Assembly: GCA_045660865.1 (NCBI GenBank)
Contig: JAZREP010000015.1
Coordinates: 28,266 to 60,265, forward strand
Reading direction: 5' to 3'
Source: Acutalibacteraceae bacterium
Lineage (GTDB): Bacteria > Bacillota > Clostridia > Oscillospirales > Acutalibacteraceae
DNA: 32,000 nt
Below the pieces are notes generated by a model. The model was not told where the DNA came from, searched no databases, and saw only the letters and a program-made list of their open reading frames with translations. Shown here in pieces: positions 16,053 through 23,600 of this stretch. Position 1 is the first letter of the stretch; each line of letters starts with the position of its first letter. The translations under genes and the position numbers were made by a program.

Positions 16053-17934
16053 TATATAAATACCATTTCCTGCTTAATTTTGTATTCTTATATTTTGATT
16101 TTAAAGCAGGCAACAGGTAATAGTCAAGTCCAAATGCCATTCCGCCGCCAAAAAGCAAAGCAATTGAAGCAAAAATCAACCACCAGGTACCCAAATACAG
16201 CCCTGTCGTCATTAAAAACATAAGCTGTAGCAGCAAGGCGTAAGCATTTGCAAAAAAATTGAAACAACCAAGCACTAATAAAGCGCCTATTAAAAGCTCA
16301 CTTATAATTATAATCCATTGGAAAATCAATTGGCTTGTGTTATTGTACAAAACCACTTCATTTATAAAAAATGTTACGGGACTAAATAAAATACGTAAGG
16401 CGTATTCGCCGCCACTTTTTATAAAATGAGGGTTAAAAAACCATAAAAGCCTAAAATTAAAGATTTGCTCACTAACCGCTTCGGTAGTAGCGGTAGCCGA
16501 GGTCATAGCTTCTGAGCCACCTTTGAAAGCAACTGAAAAATAAGCATCTGCACCCGAAAAGAACGATGTTAATTCAGGGGATTTTAACCAGCCGTCGGCT
16601 ATTTTTTCTACTGCCTCTATTATCCAATAGACACCCGTAAAAATCCTGAGCGGCAAAAGCCAAATACCGCTTTTACGGTTTGCAAACAACCCACCGAATA
16701 TGCTTCGCCTATCCCTTCTGGCAAAGAACTCGTGTTTTAGATAATTACGGCATTGCCTATACCCTGCTATTTGCCAAAAATAGACCAGGTTAATAAAATG
16801 CTTTATAAGCATCGAAAAAAACGATGGCAAAATAATTGTTTTACCCAACAAATTCAGTTGCGCTGTAGCGTAGCGGCTTCCAACCGATACCATTATTCCG
16901 TGGAAATTGGGTTTATAAGAAATTTTATAGTTTGTCTCGGTTATATCGCAATAAATGTTGTGGGCTATTGTTTCGGCTGATTGCTCTGCATTTTCTACCA
17001 TTTGCGGAACAGTGGTGTTTGTTTCGTCAATAAAATATAGATTATCACCGCCGATATAGACATTTTCTGCTGCCTGCAAATATTCGTCGGTTTGTATACG
17101 GCCTCTGCCCTTTACGGTAAATGATTTACCGACCTCATCTATTATTGAGGCTACCCTAACACCTGCTGTCCAGACTACTGTTGAAGCCGAAATATGCTTA
17201 TTTGCTATGCTAAGACCTTTTTCGCCTATTTCTTCAACCTTGCTTCCCGTCATAAGCTCTATGCCCTGCTTATAAAGACGCTTTAACACCCTTTTTCGTG
17301 CCTTTTCCTTTAAAATGGGCAGTATTTCTTCCATAACATCTGCACAAATAAGACGGATTTCGTTTCTATCCACACCGTACTCATAACACAGTTGCGGCAA
17401 CCACTCGCTTAATTCGCCGGTCAATTCAACACCGGTAAATCCTGCTCCTACAACCACAAAGGTAAGCAAAGCGGCTCTTTTTTCTTTATCTGGTTCTTTT
17501 GTTGAAAGCAAGATACAATTTTCTATATGACGGCGCAAGGTTACCGCATCATCATATGACCATAAACGAAATGCATTCTCCTTTGCTCCACTTACGCCGA
17601 AAAACTCCGGCTCACTTCCTGCACAAAGCACCAGATAATCATAAGTATAACTGCTTTTTTTACCTGTCACTTTTTTCAAGGTTGTATCTATATGAGTAAT
17701 TGTATCGGTTACACTTTCAACCTTCGTACCGCCAAAAATTGTATCATAGGGTATTCGTATGCTATCAGGCTCGGTTCTTCCGCCTGCTACTTCATGCAGT
17801 TCTGTGAGCATAGTGTGGAAGGGGTTTTTATCTATTAAAGTTATGTCGGCTTTACCTTTAAGCCGCTTATGCAACTTTTTTGCGGCAATTACTCCTGTAT
17901 ATCCACCACCTATTATGACAATACTTTTATTCAA
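16045..17934 (-). CDS. ndh: Type II NADH dehydrogenase (NDH-2) fused to a ~240-aa polytopic C-terminal membrane domain
   Basis: N-terminal IVIIGGGYTGVIAAKKL and second dinucleotide fold FVVVGAGFTGVELTGEL (Pyr_redox_2). Residues from about 400 onward contain about 5-6 hydrophobic helices (IWLLPLRIFTGVYWII, IIIISELLIGALLVLGCF, LLLQLMFLMTTGLYL, WWLIFASIALLFGGGMAF). Start set at TTG 17934, 8 nt after AAAGGGG. The ORF-track GTG at 17976 is an alternative. Confidence 0.85.
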   Translation of the reverse strand: MNKSIVIIGGGYTGVIAAKKLHKRLKGKADITLIDKNPFHTMLTELHEVAGGRTEPDSIRIPYDTIFGGTKVESVTDTITHIDTTLKKVTGKKSSYTYDYLVLCAGSEPEFFGVSGAKENAFRLWSYDDAVTLRRHIENCILLSTKEPDKEKRAALLTFVVVGAGFTGVELTGELSEWLPQLCYEYGVDRNEIRLICADVMEEILPILKEKARKRVLKRLYKQGIELMTGSKVEEIGEKGLSIANKHISASTVVWTAGVRVASIIDEVGKSFTVKGRGRIQTDEYLQAAENVYIGGDNLYFIDETNTTVPQMVENAEQSAETIAHNIYCDITETNYKISYKPNFHGIMVSVGSRYATAQLNLLGKTIILPSFFSMLIKHFINLVYFWQIAGYRQCRNYLKHEFFARRDRRSIFGGLFANRKSGIWLLPLRIFTGVYWIIEAVEKIADGWLKSPELTSFFSGADAYFSVAFKGGSEAMTSATATTEAVSEQIFNFRLLWFFNPHFIKSGGEYALRILFSPVTFFINEVVLYNNTSQLIFQWIIIISELLIGALLVLGCFNFFANAYALLLQLMFLMTTGLYLGTWWLIFASIALLFGGGMAFGLDYYLLPALKSKYKNTKLSRKWYLYND

Positions 17935-17987
17935 AAAAACTTCCCCTTTTTGCCAATTATGTAGTATACTATACACGAGGTGAAATA

Positions 17988-18977
17988 ATGAAAAGAATAG
18001 TTGCCTTTTTATTAGTTTTTTTGTTGCTGCCGATTTACGGTTGTAAGAGCACCGAAAAAGAATTTAGCGCCACAAGAATTCTACTTGATACTGCTGTGCA
18101 AATCACCATTTATTCGGGCGGAAGCAACGACATTTTAGAAGAGTGCTTTAACCTTTGCCAAGAGTACGAGCAGCTGTTCAGCACCACAATTTTAGACAGT
18201 GATATTTCCCGTATCAATTCGTCTGACGGCAAGCCGCTAGAGGTTAATCCTCAAACGGCGGAGTTGTTGCGCCTTTCTTATGATTACAGTAAATTAAGCG
18301 ACGGAGTCTTTGATATTACTGTTTTACCCTTAAAAGAGCTTTGGGATTTCAAAGCGCAAGACCCTAAATTACCCGACAACAAACAAATTAGCAATGCTTT
18401 AGCATCAATAGGTTATAACAATGTTTCTGTTACAGAAAACACCGTTACATTAAAAAATAATGCAAAGGTTGATTTGGGCGGTATTGCAAAGGGCTATATT
18501 GCCGACCGTTTGTGTGAATACTTAAAATCACAAAATGTTACTTGTGCTCTTGTTAATTTGGGAGGCAATGTAGCTTGTGTGGGTGAAAAAAGCGGTGGCT
18601 TTAAAATTGGTGTGAAAAAACCTTATTCTTTAAATGAGGTACTAAAAACCATTCAAATAGATAACGGCTCTGTTGTGACCTCGGGTTGTTATGAACGCTA
18701 TTTTACCTTAGATGACAAGCAGTATCACCACATTTTAGACACTAAAACCGGTTATCCTGTAGATAACGATTTAGCCGGCGTTACCGTTATTAGTGAAAAT
18801 TCCGCTTTGGCTGATTTTCTTTCTACCACACTTTATGCTTTAGGTTATGAAAAGGCTTTGCAATTCCTTCAAGACCAGCCCGCCGAGGCAGTTTTTGTTT
18901 TCAAGGATAATTCAGTACGCCTATCTGACGGGCTTGAATACGAAGATAAGGACACTATAATTTTATCAAACGATTAA
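17988..18977 (+). CDS. apbE: FAD:protein FMN transferase (ApbE family) lipoprotein
   Basis: Signal peptide plus lipobox-like LLPIYGC (Cys19). ApbE blocks: FDITV.PL..LW, VDLGGIAKGY, LVNLGGN and HHILDTKTGYP. RBS GAGGTGA lies upstream. Confidence 0.9.
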   Translation: MKRIVAFLLVFLLLPIYGCKSTEKEFSATRILLDTAVQITIYSGGSNDILEECFNLCQEYEQLFSTTILDSDISRINSSDGKPLEVNPQTAELLRLSYDYSKLSDGVFDITVLPLKELWDFKAQDPKLPDNKQISNALASIGYNNVSVTENTVTLKNNAKVDLGGIAKGYIADRLCEYLKSQNVTCALVNLGGNVACVGEKSGGFKIGVKKPYSLNEVLKTIQIDNGSVVTSGCYERYFTLDDKQYHHILDTKTGYPVDNDLAGVTVISENSALADFLSTTLYALGYEKALQFLQDQPAEAVFVFKDNSVRLSDGLEYEDKDTIILSND

Positions 18978-19501
18978 GCTTTTGCTTTTTCAATTGCCTT
19001 GTTATATAAATTGAGATATTGGCTAATAGAAATAGTGCAACCTGATATTGCATCAGTTTTACCCTCAGAGTCAACTGTTATACCCTTAACACCCTTTTCG
19101 GTAAGATGCTTTTCCAACACAGCTATTTCCTCATGCCATTCGGCCTTGGCGTTACCTTTTTCCTTCATACCGTAATTGCCGCTTTCGGACAAGGCTTTCT
19201 TTGACTTTTTATCCTTATCAATATCGTCAATGTTTACCGAAACAACTTTACCGTCACTTACAGTGACGGTAACTGTTGCTAAATATCCGCTTTCGTCATA
19301 CTCATTTGCATCAACGGTATATTTGCCGTCACTCATTGAGCTGACATTTTCGGACCCGGTGCCATCTCCGCTTAAAACCGATTCTACATCGGACTTAACA
19401 TCGGATACGGCTGAATTCAAATCGTCTGTTGCCTTTCTGGAGCAACCGGCAAAAGCCATTAACACCAAAAGTGCACAAACTACTGCTAAAATTCGTTTCA
19501 T
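18974..19501 (-). CDS. FMN-binding domain lipoprotein (predicted ApbE substrate, PplA-like)
   Basis: Lipoprotein signal MAFAGC (Cys20), an acidic/Ser-rich linker, and an FMN_bind-type domain ending with DAISGCTIS (nt 19028-19054, verified). This corresponds to the D-x-x-S-G-A-T flavinylation motif. RBS GGAGGG lies upstream. Confidence 0.8.
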   Translation of the reverse strand: MKRILAVVCALLVLMAFAGCSRKATDDLNSAVSDVKSDVESVLSGDGTGSENVSSMSDGKYTVDANEYDESGYLATVTVTVSDGKVVSVNIDDIDKDKKSKKALSESGNYGMKEKGNAKAEWHEEIAVLEKHLTEKGVKGITVDSEGKTDAISGCTISISQYLNLYNKAIEKAKA

Positions 19502-19576
19502 TTATCTTCCCTCCTTCAGCAATAGTTTTTGTGCATATTTCAAAATTATACAATTGTTGTTTTTTAAAAATTTTTA

Positions 19577-19606
19577 TTGACAACACGGGTCGTTTTGCGG
19601 TATAAT
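19577..19606 (+). promoter_or_regulatory. Near-consensus sigma-A promoter of rpmH-rnpA-yidD-yidC-jag
   Basis: TTGACA (19577-19582), 18 nt, TATAAT (19601-19606), 66 nt upstream of rpmH. Confidence 0.7.
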
Positions 19607-19672
19607 TGCAAAATGGTAGGCTAGTGTAACTAGCTATATACAAGATTTTCTTAGCGAAGGAGGTTTTTCGAA

Positions 19673-19807
19673 ATGAAAAGAACTTACCAACCGAAAAAAT
19701 TGCATCGTAAAAAGGAACATGGTTTTCTTAAGAGAATGGCTACCGGTAATGGTCGTAACGTACTTGCCCGTCGCCGTGCTAAGGGTAGAAAGAGGCTTAC
19801 TCACTAA
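19673..19807 (+). CDS. rpmH: 50S ribosomal protein L34
   Basis: My own translation gives [44 protein letters not shown] (44 aa), canonical L34. RBS GAAGGAGG lies upstream. It is too short to appear in the ORF track. Confidence 0.97.
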   Translation: MKRTYQPKKLHRKKEHGFLKRMATGNGRNVLARRRAKGRKRLTH

Positions 19808-19810
19808 TTT

Positions 19811-19833
19811 GAGACCACTTTCGTGGTCTTTTT
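19811..19833 (+). terminator. Intrinsic terminator/attenuator between rpmH and rnpA
   Basis: AGACCAC (19812-19818), loop TTTC, GTGGTCT (19823-19829), then TTTT. It starts 4 nt after the rpmH stop. Confidence 0.65.
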
Positions 19834-19853
19834 CATTCTTGGGGGGATAGTTT

Positions 19854-20186
19854 TTGAAACCGCTCACGCTGAAGCTTAACAAGGAATTCCGCCGTGCCTA
19901 TGGTCGCGGCAAATCTTTTGTTAATCCTGTTCTGGTTACATACGTCGTGCCGAACCGGCTCGGCTGTGTGCGTATCGGTATCACCGCAGGAAAAAAAGTC
20001 GGCAATGCCGTTACTCGAAATCGTGCAAAGCGTGTAATTATGGCATCTTTTTTGAATTGCCGCGAACAACTTGTCGGCGGTGCCGATATTGTTTTTGTTG
20101 CCCGCCAACGCACACCCTTTGTAAGCAGTAATGAATGTCTTGAAATTATGCAAAGGCATCTTACAGAGGCAGGATTAATTATATGA
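19854..20186 (+). CDS. rnpA: Ribonuclease P protein component
   Basis: [15 protein letters not shown] and the RNR motif [11 protein letters not shown]. Position after rpmH. TTG start after GGGGGGA. Confidence 0.93.
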   Translation: MKPLTLKLNKEFRRAYGRGKSFVNPVLVTYVVPNRLGCVRIGITAGKKVGNAVTRNRAKRVIMASFLNCREQLVGGADIVFVARQRTPFVSSNECLEIMQRHLTEAGLII

Positions 20187-20410
20187 AAAGAATTTTGATT
20201 TATTTAATCCGCTTTTACCAAAAATGTATATCCCCTACTAAAACGCCATGCTGCAGATTCACTCCAACCTGCTCGCAATATGCTATTGAGGCAATCGAAA
20301 CGCACGGAGCCATAAAAGGAACTGCGCTGGCTGTTTGGCGGATTTTACGATGTAACCCTTTATGTAAGGGTGGCTTTGACCCTGTACCGAAGCCAAAAAA
20401 ACGGAAATAA
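20183..20410 (+). CDS. yidD: Membrane protein insertion efficiency factor YidD
   Basis: [31 protein letters not shown]...RILRCNP is the canonical YidD sequence. Its ATG overlaps the rnpA stop (ATGA). Confidence 0.95.
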   Translation: MKRILIYLIRFYQKCISPTKTPCCRFTPTCSQYAIEAIETHGAIKGTALAVWRILRCNPLCKGGFDPVPKPKKRK

Positions 20411-20449
20411 AAACTTTTAACTGTTTATTCAGTTAGATTGGTGGTTGTT

Positions 20450-21331
20450 ATGGATTTTATCTACGTGCCTATGGGATATGTTTTGAGGTGGCTTGCGCAA
20501 ATTTGCAACGGCAATTTTGCTATGGCTGTTTTTCTGTTTACCGTTTTTGTAAACGTAATTATTTTACCTCTTTCCATCAAATCACAAAAATCCACCGCCA
20601 AGCAATCAATGTTAAAGCCCAAGTTAGATGCTTTAAAACAAAAATACGGTGATGACAAGGCTAAATACAGCCAAGCCATGCAAGAACTATATCAAAAAGA
20701 AAATGTTTCTATGGCCGGCGGTTGTTTGCCTTTGATTATTCGCCTTATTTTTATGATGGGCGTTTACTACGTTGTTCTCAATCCTATTCGTCATTTGGGC
20801 GGAATTGATAAAGACACCATTCAAGAAGGCTTCAAAGCCTTGGCTGAAACTGTCGGAAAAACTACCGGTCGTGATATTGACTTGTTACCCACTGTTATGG
20901 CAGGTGGCGTTAAAGGAATCCCTTCCGATGTTTTGAGCCATATTGATTTTCACTTTTTAGGTATAGACCTTACAAAGCAACCCCATTTCACCTTTAATTT
21001 CTCAGAAGCAGAGCTTATATGGATTATTCCCGTATTAGCTTTTGCCGCCGCTATGTTGACCAGCATTGCCTCTTTGATAATGCAAAAGAAGGTTAACCCC
21101 GGACAGCCTAATATGGCTGGTATGATGCTTACAATGCCTTTAATCTCTTTAATCATCGGTTTCACCGTTCCCGGTGCCGTTGGTTTCTATTGGGCATGCT
21201 CAAGCTTAATTTCCGGTGCAATTCAAATACTCACTCAAATTTGGTACAGCCCCGCAAAATTGGTTGCCCGTCAGCAGATGGATTTTGTTATGAAACGCAA
21301 CCAAGCTGAACTTAACATTAAAAATAAGTAG
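20450..21331 (+). CDS. yidC: Membrane protein insertase YidC (Oxa1 family)
   Basis: GNFAMAVFLFTVFVNVIILPLSIKSQKS, the MQELYQKENV coiled region, GGCLPLIIRLIF, and C-terminal TM helices. Start set at ATG 20450 (MDFIYVP) after GGTGG. Confidence 0.93.
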   Translation: MDFIYVPMGYVLRWLAQICNGNFAMAVFLFTVFVNVIILPLSIKSQKSTAKQSMLKPKLDALKQKYGDDKAKYSQAMQELYQKENVSMAGGCLPLIIRLIFMMGVYYVVLNPIRHLGGIDKDTIQEGFKALAETVGKTTGRDIDLLPTVMAGGVKGIPSDVLSHIDFHFLGIDLTKQPHFTFNFSEAELIWIIPVLAFAAAMLTSIASLIMQKKVNPGQPNMAGMMLTMPLISLIIGFTVPGAVGFYWACSSLISGAIQILTQIWYSPAKLVARQQMDFVMKRNQAELNIKNK

Positions 21332-21359
21332 CCCTTATAGGCTTTTGGAGGATAATAAA

Positions 21360-22235
21360 TTGATTATAGAAGCTTTTGGAATTGGCGACACCTACGAGCA
21401 AGCTCAAGAGGCCGCCAAAGCAGAACTTAACCTTGGCCCTGAGGCCGATATACAGTTTGAAATTGTTGATATGCCCAAGAAAAAAGTTCTTGGCGTATTT
21501 GGAGGCACCAAAGCAAAGGTGCGCGCTTATGTAGAACTTCCGGATGAGAAGCCTGCAAAGAAACCCCGCAACGAAAAAGCAAAGAAACCCCAAGCACAAA
21601 AAGCACCTAAAGCTGAAAACCCTACCGAGCAAAAAACTGATAAGAACCTTGAAAATGCTGTTGATTATACAACACTTGATAAAAACTCACCCAGCTATAA
21701 AGCTTGTGATTATTTAAAATCCATTTTAGAGCAATTAGGTTGCGAGGAAATCGTAATGAAAACCGCACCTATACACAATGGATGCTTTATCGACCTTAAC
21801 GGCACACACTTAGGCACTGTTATCGGTCGCCGTGGCGAGACTCTTGATGCTTTACAGTATCTCTCCTCTCTTGCTGCAAATTCTAAAGAAAGCGGTTATT
21901 TCCGTGTAGTTCTTAATATTGGTAACTACCGTGAAAAACGTGAAAGCACTCTGCAAGGTCTTGCTCGCAGAACTGCTAACCAGTGCTTGCGTACAGGTCG
22001 CAGCCGTACATTAGAGCCTATGAATCCTTATGAGCGCCGCATCATCCACACCACCGTTCAGGATATTGAGGGTGTTTCCTCTAACTCAATCGGTGAGGGC
22101 GCTTCACGCCGTGTTGTAATCACACCTGACAAGGCTAACTTCAACAAAAAAGAAAAGCCCGCAGCTGCCCAGGCTGACTCACGTCCTGTAAAGAAGGATG
22201 CTCAAGACTTACCGCTTTACGGTAAAATAAACTAA
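21360..22235 (+). CDS. jag: RNA-binding protein Jag/KhpB (Jag_N, KH and R3H domains)
   Basis: VIGRRGETLDALQYL (KH), the PMNPYERRIIHTTV block (R3H), and position after yidC. Start set at TTG 21360 (MIIEAFG), 7 nt after GGAGGA. Confidence 0.9.
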   Translation: MIIEAFGIGDTYEQAQEAAKAELNLGPEADIQFEIVDMPKKKVLGVFGGTKAKVRAYVELPDEKPAKKPRNEKAKKPQAQKAPKAENPTEQKTDKNLENAVDYTTLDKNSPSYKACDYLKSILEQLGCEEIVMKTAPIHNGCFIDLNGTHLGTVIGRRGETLDALQYLSSLAANSKESGYFRVVLNIGNYREKRESTLQGLARRTANQCLRTGRSRTLEPMNPYERRIIHTTVQDIEGVSSNSIGEGASRRVVITPDKANFNKKEKPAAAQADSRPVKKDAQDLPLYGKIN

Positions 22236-22244
22236 CACTTAAAA

Positions 22245-22274
22245 CACTCTCAAAATTTTGAGAGTGTTTTTTAT
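22245..22274 (+). terminator. Intrinsic terminator after jag
   Basis: CACTCTCAAA (22245-22254) pairs with TTTGAGAGTG (22259-22268), followed by TTTTTT. Confidence 0.85.
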
Positions 22275-22326
22275 TTCTTTAATTTTTTGGGTAATACTAA
22301 TCCAAAAGAATTAAAGGAGAATGAAA

Positions 22327-22566
22327 ATGGGGAAACAGCCAAATGATATAACCCAGGCCGAGCTGTTTGATATTTGGGATGCAGATGCACTTGACAGCGA
22401 GGAGGAGCGCATTGATGCGCTTGAGCAGGTAAGTAAATTCGGCACATACGAAATTCAACCAACAGCCGATACTCAAAACACTTTTCCAATGATAGCCCAA
22501 GGGTTATCCAAAGATTGGAAGATGGACCGCCCAAGGACCAAAGAAAAACAAAAACCATTCTCATAA
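22327..22566 (+). CDS. Small acidic hypothetical protein (79 aa)
   Basis: AGGAGA RBS 6 nt upstream of ATG 22327. The ORF ends inside a strong terminator hairpin. The sequence is hydrophilic and acidic (DIWDADALDSEEERIDALEQ). I recognise no family. Confidence 0.55.
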   Translation: MGKQPNDITQAELFDIWDADALDSEEERIDALEQVSKFGTYEIQPTADTQNTFPMIAQGLSKDWKMDRPRTKEKQKPFS

Positions 22567-22580
22567 GAGAATGGTTTTTT
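22551..22580. terminator. Bidirectional intrinsic terminator between the small ORF and the aldo/keto reductase
   Basis: AAAACCATTCTC (22551-22562), loop ATAA, GAGAATGGTTTT (22567-22578), then TT. The A-run/T-run symmetry allows termination in both directions. Confidence 0.85.
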
Positions 22581-22581
22581 A

Positions 22582-23577
22582 TTATTTAACAGCGATAATT
22601 TCATCAATGCGGCGAAGCTCGTCTTGGCTAAATCCTGGTGCGCCGACAACGCCTATATTATCCAATATCTGTTCGGGTTTGGAAGCGCCGATAAGCACCG
22701 ATGCCACTTCCCCATCTTTAAGCACCCAATTTAAAGCCATCTGAGCCAGCGTTTGCCCACGCTCAGCCGCCAAAGCATTAAGACTTGTAATTTGAGCCAA
22801 AATTGTACTGTTCAGCGCTTTTTCGTTAAGAAAACGGCCGTCGGTCTTAATGCGGCTGTCTTGCGGGATTCCCTTTAAATAACGGTCTGTAAGCAAACCT
22901 TGTGCTAACGGGCTAAAAGCAATTATACCTTTTCCGCTTTCCTTTGCGGCCGCCTTTAAACCGTTCTGCTCTATCGTGCGGTCCATAATTGAATAGCGGT
23001 TTTGGTTGATAATAAAGGGACAATGCAACTCTTCTAAAATTGCGGCAGCCTTTTTCATAGTTTCTCCGTCATAATTAGAAAGCCCTGCATATAGCGCCTT
23101 TCCGCTTTTTACAGCTGTATCAAGCGCACTCATTGTTTCTTCTAAGGGTGTATCAGGGTCCATTCTGTGGTGATAAAATATATCTACATAAGGTAGCCCT
23201 AAACGTTTAAGACTTTGGTCTAAACTTGAAAGCAAATACTTTCGACTGCCAAAGTCACCGTAAGGTCCCTCCCACATATAATAGCCTGCCTTTGTGCTGA
23301 TTAGCAATTCATCACGGTAGGCTGACATTTCCTCACGCAATATACGGCCTAAATTTTGCTCTGCCGAGCCTGCAACCGGTCCGTAATTATTTGCAAGGTC
23401 AAAGTGGGTGATGCCATTATCGAATGCGGTAAAGCACATTTGCTTCATATTTTCATAATCAGCATTTGAGCCGAAATTATGCCAAAAGCCCAAAGAAACC
23501 TTGGGCAAGGAAATACCGCTTTTGCCGCAGCGGGGATACTCCATACTATTATATCGGTTTGAGTTAGCCTTGTACAC
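22582..23577 (-). CDS. Aldo/keto reductase (YghZ / L-glyceraldehyde-3-phosphate reductase-like)
   Basis: CGKSGISLPKVSLGFWHNFG, FDLANNYG and HRMDPDTPLEET are AKR motifs of the Kv-beta/YghZ subgroup. Start set at GTG 23577 (VYKANSNRY) after GGAAGGTGG. Confidence 0.88.
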   Translation of the reverse strand: MYKANSNRYNSMEYPRCGKSGISLPKVSLGFWHNFGSNADYENMKQMCFTAFDNGITHFDLANNYGPVAGSAEQNLGRILREEMSAYRDELLISTKAGYYMWEGPYGDFGSRKYLLSSLDQSLKRLGLPYVDIFYHHRMDPDTPLEETMSALDTAVKSGKALYAGLSNYDGETMKKAAAILEELHCPFIINQNRYSIMDRTIEQNGLKAAAKESGKGIIAFSPLAQGLLTDRYLKGIPQDSRIKTDGRFLNEKALNSTILAQITSLNALAAERGQTLAQMALNWVLKDGEVASVLIGASKPEQILDNIGVVGAPGFSQDELRRIDEIIAVK

Positions 23578-23600
23578 AAAGCCACCTTCCCTTCTTAAAA

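Noticed and set aside
19502-19672. Possible oriC / DnaA-box cluster upstream of rpmH
   Set aside because: rpmH is often next to dnaA and oriC. However, I found no TTATCCACA-like boxes here or elsewhere in the window (only a coding-region TTATCCAAA at about 22504), and no dnaA gene. The upstream neighbour is the FMN-binding lipoprotein gene.
19395-20159. Minus-strand ORFs 19395-19643, 19634-19882, 19833-20159 and 19898-20113
   Set aside because: They overlap the rpmH promoter, rpmH and rnpA on the opposite strand. They lack RBSs and have junk-like composition.
22271-22564. A 97-aa minus-strand ORF overlapping the small acidic plus-strand ORF
   Set aside because: The plus-strand ORF has the RBS and ends in the terminator. 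The minus-strand translation is Cys/Pro/Leu-rich with no start context and would begin inside the terminator.
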